NCBI RefSeq assembly: GCF_006345805.1
Contig: NC_042997.1
Span: forward strand, 116,560,001 to 116,624,000
Length of the DNA stretch: 64,000 nt
Direction of reading: 5' to 3'
DNA from: Octopus sinensis
Taxonomy: Eukaryota
A program made the translations under genes and the position numbers. Positions 52,169 through 64,000 of this stretch are shown here, in pieces. Position 1 is the stretch's first letter, and every line of letters starts with the position of its first letter. Below the pieces are notes generated by a model that did no database searches, was not told the DNA's origin, and saw nothing but the letters and a program-made list of their open reading frames with translations.

Positions 52169-52648
52169 TTAACCCTTTTGTTACCAACCTGGCTGAAACT
52201 GGCTCTGGCTCTGTAGTACAAATGTCTTGTTTTCATAAGTTTTGAATTAAAATCTTCCACCAAACCTTAGTCACAATTTATGTTCCTAACACTAGCTGAA
52301 TGATAACTAAGTTATTTTACTAAATTCTTTGTTATATTTAAAGTAATTGAAAGAAACACAGAGCTTCTCAAAATAAATACAGTAACGAAAGGGTTAAAAT
52401 ATATGATAGAGAAACGATTCTTAACCATTTCATTAGCAACCCAGCTGAAACCAACTCCGGCTCTGAGTACAAATGTCTTGTTTTCATAAGTTTTGAATTA
52501 AAATCTTCTTCCAAACCTTAGTCACAATTTATGTTCCTAACACTAGCTGAATGATAACTAAGTTATTTTACTAAATTCTTTGTTATAGTTAAAGTAATTG
52601 AAAGAAACACAGAGCTTCTCAAAATAAATACAGTAATGAAATGGTTAA
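52169..52648 (+). mobile_element. piggyBac-like MITE, tandem dimer
   Basis: Same unit and spacer; single copies also at about 23568-23745 (-), 53387-53605 (+) and 60946-61162 (-). Confidence 0.8.
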
Positions 52649-52922
52649 AAAAGGAATAAGTCCTATTTTTGATTTGTTCGACTAAAACCCTTCAAAGCAG
52701 TTGCCCCAGCATGGCCGCAGTCCAATAACTGAAACATGTAAAAGAAAAAAAAAAACGAGTGCTGCAAGTGTGTATGGTCTGGCTTTGCTGATTTGCCATT
52801 TGGTTGTAAATTTTGTTCTTGATTATGACCCGAATATTTGAACCCCTAAGCCACATGGTGCCATGTATGTTCCAGTAGTATTTAAAATGTTCTTAACTCG
52901 TGTATATTTTAACAAATTTTAG

Positions 52923-53005
52923 TCTGTCGGGGTGTCGGCCATTACTGGTCAAGGATTTCCTGAATTCCTCAAACTTGTTGATGATGCTACAGAAGAATAT
53001 AAACA
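52923..53005 (+). CDS. GPN1: GPN1 exon 9 (SVGVSAITGQGFPEFLKLVDDATEEYKQ)
   Basis: VGVSAxTG G5-like motif; ttttag acceptor, gtaagt donor; 83 nt. Confidence 0.95.
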
Positions 53006-53604
53006 GTAAGTTGTTTCACTTTTCCTTTCTGGTAATTCGTTAATCTGTCTTTGGTTTAATAATTCACAAGATTAACCAGAAATAATGGTTTCTAAATTGG
53101 CATGAAGTCAGCAGTTTTGAGATAAGCTGGGGTTAGTTAATACCACTGACCCTAGTACTTGACTGCTATTTTATTATATTGGCCCTGGAAGAATTAAAAA
53201 CAAATTTTCCCTCAGTTGGATTTGAAACCAGAATGTAAAGAGCCAGCAGAAAGACTCATAGCATTTTGTCTGAGTTGCTAACAATTTGGTCAGGTTGCTA
53301 CCCTGGATTAACAAGAAAATGGTAAGAATAATAATTCTTTCTACTGTAGGCACCAGGCATGACATTTTTTGAGGGGAGGGATCTAGTTAATTTTGATATC
53401 AACCCGGCTGAAACGGGCTGTGGCTCTGTAGTACAAATATCTTGTTTTCATAAGTTTTGAATTAAAATCTTCCACTAAACCTTTGTCACAATTTATGTTC
53501 CTAACACTAGCTGAATGAAAACTAAGTTATTTTACTAAATTCTTTGTTATTTTAAAAATTAATTGAAAAAACGCAGGGCATCTCAATAGAATTACGGTAA
53601 CAAT

Positions 53605-54202
53605 GGAAAACCATATACTCAAAAAAAGGAAATAAGAATAATGATAATAGACATGACAGAGTTGAGACCTATATACACTGGAACAGAAAAAAGATGGTAT
53701 AGGCATACACCAGAAAAGGTCACAGAAAATGAGAAAGCAACCATACTATAGGATATGCCAATACACACAGATAGAGAAATTAAGGCCAATAGGCCAGATA
53801 TAGTTGTCAGAGATCATGAAGGAAAAAAATGCTTTCTAAACGATGTATCAATACCAACAGATGACAACATTTCTCTAAAAGAAATGGAGAAAGTTTCAAA
53901 ATACAAAGACCTGGAAATAGAGATAACTCGAATATGGAGTCTAAGACAAACAATTCCTATCGAAATAGGCATGTTAGGTATGATTAAAAAATATTCAGAC
54001 AAATACATAACAAAAACACCAGGACTTACAAGTATATATAACATAGAGAAAATAGCACTACTAGGCACCACACACATTCTATGTAAAACACTTTCAGTAC
54101 AGTAACAATAAGAGCATCATAACAAACCACAGCACATACCTAAGGCACACAGAGCTGTACTCGGTAGTGCAGTGAAAGCATGTGATAAAAATAAGACTAC
54201 TC

Positions 54203-54240
<38 letters not shown>

Positions 54241-54252
54241 TGATAATAATAA
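53605..54252 (+). mobile_element. R4/Dong-type non-LTR retrotransposon 3' fragment (restriction-like endonuclease)
   Basis: RHDRV..YIHW, WYRHTPEKV, PIHTDREIKANRPDIVV, DVSIP, KYKDL, ALLGT..IL; (AAT)n tail. Confidence 0.85.
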
Positions 54253-54314
54253 TTAGGTGTGAAGCAATTGTTTTGTTAAAGACATACAAGTATATCTCTT
54301 TCTTTTATCTCTTT

Positions 54315-54712
54315 TCTCTTTTACTTGTTTCAGTCATTTGACTGCGGCCATGCTGGAGCACCGCCTTTAGTCGAGCAAATCGACCCCAGGACTTATTCTT
54401 TGTAAGCCCAGTACTTATTCTATCGGTCTCTTTTGCCGAACTGCTAAGTGACGGGGACGTAAACACACCAGCATCGGTTGTCAAGCAATGCTAGAGGGAC
54501 AAACACAGACACACAAACATATACATACATACATACATATACATATATACGACAGGCTTCTTTCAGTTTCCGTCTACCAAATCCACTCACAAGGCATTGG
54601 TTGGCCCGAGGCTATAGCAGAAGACACTTGCCCAAGATGTCACGCAGTGGGACTGAACCCGGAACCATGTGGCTGGTTAGCAAGCTACTTACCACACAGC
54701 CACTCCTGCACC
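54315..54712 (-). mobile_element. tRNA-derived SINE family 2 with CORE-like segment and internal TA/TG tract (representative copy)
   Basis: ggagtggctgtgtggtaag head, ggttcagtccc B box, accttgggcaagt segment; other copies near 11985, 19561, 23157(-), 31510(-), 48868, 55210, 58476. Confidence 0.8.
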
Positions 54713-55673
54713 TATGTTATTTCTTTTTTATTACAACCAATTACTTATGTTTAATGAACTGTGGTTCACCTTTGAAAAAGTTGTTAATTATGTATGAAAT
54801 AAGTTTCATGTAAAGCAAAGTATAAAAGTTGGAAATGGAGTTTGATAGAGTCCTATGAGGATAGGGGAAAAAAACCATCTGTAGAAAATGTCAGAGGTTG
54901 CCATGGGAGAGTTAAATAACATATCGTCTGTTGTTGTTATTGTATCGATGCAGTGGTTATCACAAGGTTTTGGGGTCAATCCTACTGCATGGCACTTCAG
55001 AAATTCCAGGTTGGTGTCCAGTGTGCTGGATGACCATTGTGATTGAGGCACCCCTTAGCTTTTGTTAAAGCATGCGTCCAGAACCCACTTCAAACTCAGG
55101 CTGTGTCTGCTCCGATAATTGGTGGTGACTTGGTCAGCTAATCCTCTGCGACGGTTGACAATCAATGGCAAGATGAGCTGCTGTGGATGACACTATCACA
55201 AAATGTGGCGCTGGAGTGGCTGTGTGGTAAGTAGCTTGCTTACCAACCACATGGTTCTGCGTTCATTCCCACTTCGTGGCACCTGGGCAAGTGTCTTTTA
55301 CTATAGCCTCGGGCTGACCAAAGCCTTATGAGTGGATTTGGTAGACAGAAACTGAAAGAAGCCCGTTGTATATATTGCATATATATATATAATCTTCATC
55401 ATCATAATCGTTTAATATCCGCTTTCCATGCTAGCATGGGTTGGACGATTTTGACTGAGGGCTGGCGAACCAGATGGCTGAACCAGGCTCCAATCTTGAT
55501 CTGGCAGAGTTTCTACAGCTGGACACCCTTCCTAACGCCAGAAATATATATATGTACCCATAACACCTATCTTCATCATCATCATCATCGTTTAGCGTCC
55601 GTTTTCCATGCTAGCATCGGTTGGACGGTTCTACTGGGGTCTGTGAAGCCAGAAGGCTTACTTTGTATATATG

Positions 55674-55709
<36 letters not shown>

Positions 55710-57200
55710 CGTGTGTGCATGTTTGTGTGTCTGTGTTCCCTCCAAATCGCTTGCCAACCGATGGTAGTGTGTTTAAGTTCCTGTAACCTAGTGTTTCAGC
55801 AAAAGAGACCGAGAATAAGTACTAGGCTTACAAAGAATAAGTCCTGGGGGTCGATTTGCTCAGCTAAAGGCTGTGCTCCAGCATGGCCACAGTCATATGA
55901 CTGAAACCAGTAAGAGAGTATGTGATCGGCGACCACAGGTGAATATGTATTGCCACTGAAACTATACCTCAACAGTGAATGACAGCTTCAGCTGGACGTG
56001 GTCAGCAGTCATCAGGGACATGGTGAACTTGTTGGTCACTGTTGGCTCCACTAACCCCAAGTACAAGTACATATATGGCATCTCTGCTATGTGTCTTTAC
56101 CATAACCTCGGGTTTATCCAAGTCTTGATCATCATCATCATTATCATTTAACGTCCGCTTTCCATCCTAGCATGGGTTGGACGATTTTGACTGAGGGCTG
56201 GCGAACCAGATGGCTCCACCAGGCTCCAATCTTGATCTGGCAAAGTTTCTACAGCTGGATGCCCTTCCTAACATCAACCACTCCAAGAGTGTAGTGGGTG
56301 CTTTTCACGTGCCACCGGCACGGGTGCCAGTGAGGTGGTACTGGTAACGACCTCGCTCGAATCTTTTTACACATGCCACCAGCACAGGTGCCAGTAAGGC
56401 AATGCTGGTAATGATCACACTCGAATGGTGCCTTTTACATGCCACCGGCACAGAAGCCAGTTAGTCGCTCTGGCAATGTAAGTAAAATTTGGGTAGATGG
56501 AAACTGTGTGGAAGCCTATCAGATAGACTGTAGCTGTAATTCAAAGGTCCTGCCTTGTCACATATCGTCTCATTCTAATATGGTTTAGGGATTATATTAA
56601 GGGGTTGATGGGTTTGTGGAGTACTCAGCCACTTACACATTAATTGAATGTGTTGGATGTAGATTTCTTTTGTTCCATTTTACTTGTTTCAGTCATTGGA
56701 CTGTGACCATGCTGGAGCACACTCTTAATAGGTTTAGTTGATAAAATTGACCATCAATACTTCTTTTAAGCCTAGTATTTATTTTGACAGTCTATTTCTG
56801 TTGAACTGCTAAGTTGCAGGGATGTAAGTAAACCATAACCAGTTGTAAATTGGTGAATAATCTGAAAGACACACACCCATGTGCACATACACGTACTGAC
56901 ACACACACATGCACACACACACATACACACGCTCACACACACTTGTTTGGGCTTCCATACAGTTTCTATCTATTGAATTCACTCACAAGGTATTGGTTAG
57001 CTGAGGGCTACAGTGTAAGACATTTGCTCGAGCTGCTGTCTAGTGAGACTGAACCCAAAACCGCTGGGTTGCAAAGTGAGCTTTTTAAACCCCTCAGCCA
57101 TGAATGCTCGCTCCTGTTTGGAAATGATGGACAATCCATCGTTGCTGACCACCACCATTAAACTTCTCAAAGCCCACTGGTAAATCGCTTTCTTTTGCAG

Positions 57201-57316
57201 AGAATATCTGCCAATGTATGATAAATTACAGAAAGAAAATGAAGCCCGGATAGAAAAAGAAAAAGAGAAACAACTGCAAAGAGTGAAAGATGACATGGCT
57301 ACGGAGGATATCAAAG
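57201..57316 (+). CDS. GPN1: GPN1 exon 10 (EYLPMYDKLQKENEARIEKEKEKQLQRVKDDMATEDIK)
   Basis: Matches the EYxPxY...QLERLRKDM coiled-coil region; ttttgcag acceptor, gtaaga donor; 116 nt. Confidence 0.93.
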
Positions 57317-57439
57317 GTAAGAGTCTGTGTGTCTGTGATGCTTTTGGTCCTTTTCTGTTTTGTTTTTTGCTTCTTGCAAATTTTGTAATTTTTTGTTTGG
57401 CTGGCAAAAATCAAATTTTATCATAGTTTTATCAAATAG

Positions 57440-57660
57440 ATCATCATCATCATCATTGTCATTTCATCATCACCATCATCTTCAACATTGTCATCATCAT
57501 CATCATCATTGTCACCTTCATCATCATCATCACCATCAACTGTCATCATCATCACCATCATCATCACCACCATCATCATCATCATAACCGTCATCATCAC
57601 CATCATCACCACCATCACCACAATCATCACCACCATCACCATTATCATCACCATCGTTGC
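57440..57660. repeat. Compound (CAT/CAC)n trinucleotide tract in GPN1 intron 10
   Basis: Direct reading; about 220 bp. Confidence 0.95.
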
Positions 57661-58440
57661 CATCAAGATGGCAGTGATGGGGTGCCAGAGAACCCTCAAG
57701 GTACAAGGAGGTGAGCCTATGTGAGGGTACAGAGTGGATGAGGAGTGGGTGGGGGGTTATTTGTTTCATAAGAGTGTGAGGGGAGAGTGACGGGTGATTA
57801 GAGATGGGGGTGGAAGTGATGTAGTGAATGATGTACGAGGGTGAATGTGTTGTTGATGGGGGTGGGGATATCAGTATGGAAATGGGGTAGGTGTGAGGGG
57901 TAAAAATGGCTCAGGAAGTAGGTGGATGATGTGTAGGGTGTGTGGGGAGGGAGATGTAGACGTACATAAGGGTAGCTGTAGGGAGTGGAACAGGATGGCA
58001 GAAATGAGAGCACAGTTTTTAAATCTTGGTTGCGTGTGTGTGTGTGTGTGTTTGTTTGTGTGTATGTGTGTGTGTGAATATATGTGTATATGCTGTGCTT
58101 GAGAAGACTCGCCAAGTCTAGTCGTGATCATTGCTGGTGTCATATAAATGGCACCCATGCCAGTGGCACATAAAAAGCTCCCATTACACTCTGGGAGTGG
58201 TCGGTGTTAGGAAGGGCACTCAGCCATAGCAAAATCCAAGCCAAATCAGATTTGGATCTGGTACAGCCCTCTGACTTACCAATTCCAGTCAAACCGTCTA
58301 ACCCTTACCAGCATGGAAAGCGGACATTAAATGACGATGATGATGTCCTTGCCTTGAGATCGTGTGATAATTGTAAATGTGTGTCATTGTCAAAGAAGGC
58401 GTATCATTAATTTTCAACCTTTGGTGAAAACATCTTCAGT

Positions 58441-59034
58441 CCAGTTATATATTTAAGAGATGAGGAATTATGTACTTACCAACCACATGGTTCCGGGTTC
58501 ATTCCCACTGCGTCGCACCTTGGGCAAGTGTCTTCTACTATAGCCTCGGGCTAACCAAAGCCTTGTGAGTGGATTTGGTAGACGGAAACTGAAAGAAACC
58601 TGTCGTATATATGTATGTGTGTGTATATGTTTCTGTGTCTGTGTTTGTCCCCCCAACATCGCTTGACAACTGATGCTGGTGTGTTTATGTCCCCGTAACT
58701 TAGTGGTTCAGCAAAAGAGACTGATAGAATAAGTACTAGGCTTACAAAGAATAATTCCTGGGGTAGATTTGCTTGAATGAAGGTGGTGCTCCAGCATGGC
58801 CACAGTCAAATGACTGAAACAAGTAAAAGAGAGTATTATTTACATTTGACAGATATTTGTCCTCATCTTGTTTGCTGTTAACACACCGTTTTGGCTGATA
58901 TACCCTCCGGCCTTCACCAGCTTCGAAATTTCCTCAAGGCACCTGATGAAGGCTGGAGGGTATATCAGCTGAAACATTGTGTTAACAACAAACAAGATGA
59001 GGAGAAATATCCATCAAATGTAAATAATGTAAAT
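58441..59034. mobile_element. Inverted dimer of hammerhead SINE, copy E (heads deleted, another SINE nested at 58476-58834; GPN1 intron 10)
   Basis: 12-bp direct repeat aacatcttcagt at 58429-58440 and 59035-59046; two oppositely oriented ribozyme-containing tails meet near 58920. Confidence 0.82.
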
Positions 59035-59829
59035 AACATCTTCAGTGATAGGAAAATATTAGCTTGCTTAAGAACACTTGAGGGTTGGTAACAAGAAGGG
59101 CACCCAGCTACAGAAAATCTGCCTTAACGAATTCCATTTGAGCCATGGGGGATAAAAAAATGTTAAAACAATGATGGTGATGATGATGGTGGTGGTGGTG
59201 ATGATGGTTATGATGATGACGACGATGATGATGATGATTATGATTGGCAGTGATGGTGATGATGGTAGGAGTGGCTGTGTGGTAAGTAGCTTGCTTACCA
59301 ACCACATGGTTCTGGGTTCATTCCTACTGCATGGCACCTTGGGCAAGTGTCTTCTACTATAGCCTCGGGCCGACCAAAGCCTTGTGAGTGGATTTGGTTG
59401 ATGGAAACTGAAAGAAGCTGTCGTATGTGTGTGTGTGTGCCCTTGTCTAGATATCACATGTTGATTGTAAATGATGATCATCATCATCTTATCATACAAG
59501 TGATGTTGTTTCCCTTCTTCCATGAATAACATGTCCAGCTGCTGGAAAATATTATCTTGCATGGGAACAGTTGAGGGTTGGCAGCTGGAAGGGCATCCAG
59601 CCTTAGAGAATCTGTCTCAACAAATTCCATCTGACTAATGCAAGTATTAAATAAAGATGATGATTCTTCCATCTTTTAATATTGGCACAGTCTGATTTGA
59701 GGATGACTTGGCTGCTGTTTCTTGCAAATTAAGTGACCACATAGTGGCCTCTTCATCAGCCCATTTTAAAGTGTTGTTTTATCCAGATGTAACAGATGAA
59801 ATCATTTACATTATGTTTGTCTTTTGCAG

Positions 59830-59928
59830 AAACATTTGGTAAACCTTACCCAGGGATTGCAATCACCCCAGGGGTTGTGGAAAGTGACAGTGATGAAGAT
59901 TATACCGGAGATCCTGATGATTTTATTG
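59830..59928 (+). CDS. GPN1: GPN1 exon 11 (ETFGKPYPGIAITPGVVESDSDEDYTGDPDDFI), acidic tail
   Basis: cttttgcag acceptor, gtaatc donor; open, phase 1 to phase 1, fitting exons 10 and 12; acidic like the GPN1 C-terminus but poorly conserved. Confidence 0.82.
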
Positions 59929-60200
59929 GTAATCTTATATCTTTCGTTTGTTTCAGTCAGTAGACCACAGCCATGCTGCAGCACCACCTTGAACAATTTT
60001 AGTCAAACAAATCAATCCCAATGTTTATTATTTACTTTTTTTTAAAGCTGGGTACTTATTTTATCAGTCTCTTTTGTTGAACTACTAAGTTACAGGGACA
60101 TAAACACACCAACACTGGTTGTCAAGCAATGGTTGGGAACAAAACACAAACACACACACACACATACACACACGCATGCACACACACACATACACATACA

Positions 60201-60434
60201 CAGAGTTGGCCAAAAGTCACCCGACAGTAAATCAAAATTCCATAAATAATGTCTGTAATTCTGTATTGACTCGAATGGAAAAATGTGTCGCTCAAGAAGG
60301 AATTCAGTTTGAACAATTTTCACGATTTTTAACATTTAGATGATTTTATTAAATTCATTCACTTGTTAAACATAAATAAATCTTGGAATTTAAATGGTTT
60401 TGATTTACTGTCAGGTGACTTTTGGCCAACCCTG
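60201..60434. mobile_element. Tc1/mariner-type MITE
   Basis: 37-bp TIRs with 2 mismatches (cagagttggccaaaagtcacc...); TA on the right flank, CA on the left. Confidence 0.82.
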
Positions 60435-61394
60435 TATATAAAATCACAAATGACAGAGAAATAGTTTGATGAAATTTTATTGAACAGTAAGAAAATTCTA
60501 ATTTCACAAGATCTTTCCAGGATCTTCCATATGTGTATCACTGCACATCTTTCTCATTTTCTCTCCAGGGAGTAGAGCTTGAGTCTTTTGTGGCCCCTCC
60601 CAGTAGTTCTTCTGTTCCACTGAGTCAATCTTCTTTGTGTAGTGGTGCCGGGTTGCCTCAAGTTCCGCCACATACTTACAAACATGATAAAAGCTCTTAT
60701 ACGTGAGAATATGTATTTTATTTAATTGGCAGAAGTTACAGAGTGACTCAAGAGCTAAGTGCTTCATGCATTAGCACTTACCAAACTTCTGCGTGTGTAT
60801 GTGTGTCACAAATTCGGTTAATGTGTTCAGGTGCTGGGCTACTGCTTATTAATTCGAATGGTAAATCTATTAGTCTGTTCTTTTGAACTTGCAGACTGGA
60901 CCTGGTTTTCTCTTAAAGTTTGTTCTACAAACTTTTTTGTTTGTCATAACCCTTCGTTACTGTTTTTGAGATGTTCTGTGTTTCTTTTAATTACTTTAAA
61001 TATAACAAAGAATTTAGTAAAATAACTTAGTTATCATTCAATTAGTGTTAGGAACATAAATTGTGACTAAGGTTTGGTGGAAGAATTTAATTCAAAACTT
61101 ATGGAAACAAGACATTTGTACTACAGAGCCAGTTTCAGCCAGGTTGGTAATGAAAGGGTTAACATTTTACGGTGTATGTCACCTGGGTTCTGTTGTTGGT
61201 GCCGCCTTCCAAAACTCAGACATTCTTAATCTATACACATCTACAACTCTTAAAACCTTCATTAATCTTACTTATATACGACTGAACATTACTAATCTGT
61301 AAAAGCCCCCCCCCCCTCCTCGCTCCTTAATTTGTATAGTCTGAGATTTCTCTTTAGACAAATCAATTGAATTCTTTATTGTTTTACTTTACAG

Positions 61395-61492
61395 ATGATG
61401 AAGAGCACCGAGAGAGGGAGTCATTCCAACGCTTTTTGGAGAGACATCGAGAGAAACAAATTGAGAAAGTCAAAAGCCAAAACAACAGTTGA
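61395..61492 (+). CDS. GPN1: GPN1 exon 12 (DDEEHRERESFQRFLERHREKQIEKVKSQNNS-stop)
   Basis: ttttactttacag acceptor; ExxxFQxF motif as in the GPN1 C-terminus; TGA at 61490-61492; total CDS 1164 nt. Confidence 0.88.
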
Positions 61493-61636
61493 TGGTCTCT
61501 TTATGGTTTTCATAAAACAGTTTTATTGGATTTTGTATTAAAAAGCTTCATTTGATCAAATTGTGTTGCTATACTTGTGGAAAAAGTGAGTTTAGCAACT
61601 GCAAAGTAGAAGTTTGGGGCTTTTAATATTTCTGTA

Positions 61637-61642
61637 AATAAA
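61637..61642 (+). terminator. Candidate polyadenylation signal AATAAA of GPN1
   Basis: AATAAA about 145 nt after the stop codon, followed by T-rich sequence. Confidence 0.5.
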
Positions 61643-62328
61643 AGTATTCCATTTTTTTCTATTTTGGAAATGGTATTCTTTCATTAAGTAACTTGATCTG
61701 AGGGTTTGCATTGAGACTGAAGCAATTACATAGAGATTTAAAGTGGGTCTTCCACTCTGTCATGAAACTGCACCAATGACTAGATTACAGTTTATCATCA
61801 TCATCATCATCGTTTTAATATCCACTTTTCTATGCTTGCATGGGTTGGATGGTGTTTATTGGAATTGATTTTCCACAGCCAGGTACCTTTTCTGTTTCCT
61901 AGCAAAGTAATATTTCTCCATCGCCAGACATGTTTTTGTAGAATATTGGAAGTCAATGACACTCATTTACAAGTGTCATGCAATATCAAAACAACGGGGA
62001 CATAAACACACTCACACACATATACATACATTCATTCATGCAGGTATATATGTTCAAGTGTGCGTGCACACACACAAGACTCTTGGGTTAAGAGATATAA
62101 TACTTCGCCTAATTTAAAGGCATCAGAGATACTCTTAAAAGATCAGATTTAGTTATCCTCTCATTAAACCTGGTCCAAAATGTTTTATATTTAAGAAAAT
62201 ATAACTTTTCTATAATGAAAAGCTGTTTCTTAAAAAAGCAAAAATAAATTTTCTCTTCTTGGAGAATGAAACACAGCAATTATTCCTCAAGCTCTAATTT
62301 TAGTTTAGTCATAACTCCTAACTTATTT

Positions 62329-62545
62329 TATTGGGTTGGTGCATAATTATTGCGGCTTTTTTTCAACAAATTTTATTCCAATCAGGAATCCAATGTGGAT
62401 TTCGTCTACAGAAACTGAAGGAGGCCCATTGTGTGTGTGTTCATATATCACGGTATCGACCAGACTATTGAATGTTGTTATACATCGCTGGTCACAATGC
62501 GCTTCACATTGTTTTAGCTTTCAAATGATGACTAGGTGAGCGGAT
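62329..62545 (-). mobile_element. Mariner relic with one TIR
   Basis: tattgggttggtgcataattattgcggc resembles the mariner TIR; minus translation contains KRIVTSD (IVTGDE-like). Confidence 0.55.
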
Positions 62546-63558
62546 CAACAGTCCCTCTGATTGGAAGGCCATCACAGGGTGGCCCATTTACAGATCGATA
62601 AAATAAGTACTAGGCTTACAAAAAATAAGTCCTGGGGTTGATTTGTTCGACTATAGGCGGTGCTCCAGCATGGCCACAGCCAGATAACTGAAACAAGTAG
62701 ACAAACAGACAAAGACGAGTGATTACAATACCCTGCTTTCACTTACGCGCGTGGAGTAATAATAAGGAGTAATAATAATTCATGTGCAACAAAATTCGTC
62801 GGGAAAAGGGCAAAAGAAAGGACAGAAAGTGGGGCATAAGTCAGGTAAAAGAAGACTGCAATGAAAGAATTACATGCACTGTACACAGGAAAAGAAAGAC
62901 TGGCACACACCGGCACTCTGTCGGTTACGATGACGAGGTTCCAGTTAATTCGATCAACGGAAGAACCTGTTCGTGAAAGTAACGTGCAAGTGGCTGAAGA
63001 ACTCCACAGACACGCGTAACTCTTAACATGGTACTCAGGGAGATTAAGCGTGGTATAGAATGCGACACGGCTGGCCCCTTGAATAACAGGTACGACTCAT
63101 TTTTGCCAACCGAGTGGATTAGAGCAACGGGAAATAAAGTGTCTTGTCCAAGGATACAACGCACCGGCGGGTATCGAACTCAGGACTCTACGATGGTGAG
63201 TTGAATACCATAAGTACTAAGCCAAGTGCCTTCATTACACACATGGGCGCGCGCGTACGCACCCAGTGAAAGACAGGCAAGTGAACACAAGAACCACAAA
63301 AAGAAAAGGGTGGACAAGCATGCTAAGAGCAGTGATGGTGAATTTCGGAAAGCGTGGAATTTTCAGGAAGTTGTGTCCTGATAGTTGACAACTGATGTGG
63401 GTATATATACGCCGGGCTTCTTTCAGTTTCCGTTTATCAAATCCACTCACAAGGCTTTGGTTAGCCCGAGGCTATAGAAGAAGACACTTGCCCAAGGTGC
63501 CACGCAACCATGTGGTTGTATAGTATTAAGTTAATGTATAAATTACCTATAAATTTTT

Positions 63559-63806
63559 GGCACTACTTAAGAAGAGTGGTCCCGGTGCGCGCAGTCGCGT
63601 ACTTGCGCATACGCGCTAGCTAGTTGTGACTAGTCGATCCTACAAACGACTACCTAGCAAAGTAAATAAAACACAAAATAAATAATTTTTTACACAAAGT
63701 AAATGATTTTTTTAAAACAAAGTAAATAAAACAAAAACACAAAGGATCGACCAGTCACTAGCTAGCGCGAGTGCGCGCACCGGGACCACTCTTCTTAAGT
63801 AGTACC
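63559..63806. mobile_element. MITE with long GC-rich TIRs (MULE-like)
   Basis: TIR ggcactacttaagaagagtggtcccggtgcgcgc and its complement; possible 9-bp TSD taaattttt / aacattttt; partial copies at about 14536-14737 and 21557-21672. Confidence 0.7.
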
Positions 63807-64000
63807 AACATTTTTATAGCATGCTGACTACCTGATAAAAATCATTAATCCTTATATTCCATTACGAATTAAATAAGATATATTCTGTTGTGTCTGGGGA
63901 GAGTCATTTTCTTTTTGTGCCTTATAATCTAACGCACACACCAGTAAAATTTCCACTTTTTTCTTATTTTTAGTTTCCTAAAATTGCGTCTTGCAACCTA

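Noticed and set aside
52890-52922. U12-like branch sequence TTCTTAAC before GPN1 exon 9
   Set aside because: The intron 8 donor is a standard gtaagt and the motif also fits a U2 branch site; a U12-to-U2 conversion cannot be claimed without orthologue data
57421-57769. Poly-His, poly-Asp and poly-Met ORFs
   Set aside because: Intronic (CAT/CAC)n tract; the GPN1 exon chain is complete and in phase without it
59735-59762. CTGATGA followed by a hairpin on the minus strand
   Set aside because: GAAA does not directly follow the hairpin and no helix I or III can form
60504-60767. 87-aa minus ORF as a nested gene
   Set aside because: No splice or start support; EQKNYW...LLPGEK faintly resembles a Gypsy integrase tail, too weak to annotate either way

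Overview
AT-rich, repeat-dense animal genomic DNA. It is probably octopus, inferred from the SINE and microsatellite landscape rather than checked against a database. One host gene is fully resolved: GPN1 (GPN-loop GTPase 1, XAB1) on the + strand, with 12 coding exons from 21019 to 61492, a joined ORF of 1164 nt (387 aa) and consistent splice phases. Its intron 3 is a clear U12-type (minor spliceosome) GT-AG intron. Upstream lies a full-length but frameshifted Penelope-like (Neptune-type) retroelement whose two terminal direct repeats each hold a minimal hammerhead ribozyme fold. The most striking signal is a short element made of a tRNA-like Pol III head, an (AAT)n tract, a minimal hammerhead ribozyme and a tail. 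It occurs five times as a head-to-head inverted dimer, four of them bounded by 9-12 bp direct repeats and having one long and one short tail, which suggests a ribozyme-bearing SINE moved as a palindromic unit, possibly by Penelope-type machinery. The rest is SINEs, piggyBac/hAT/Tc1-mariner/MULE-like MITEs, non-autonomous Helitrons, CR1, R4/Dong, RTE and Gypsy relics, and simple repeats. All coordinates were counted by hand, and TE boundaries may be off by a few bases.
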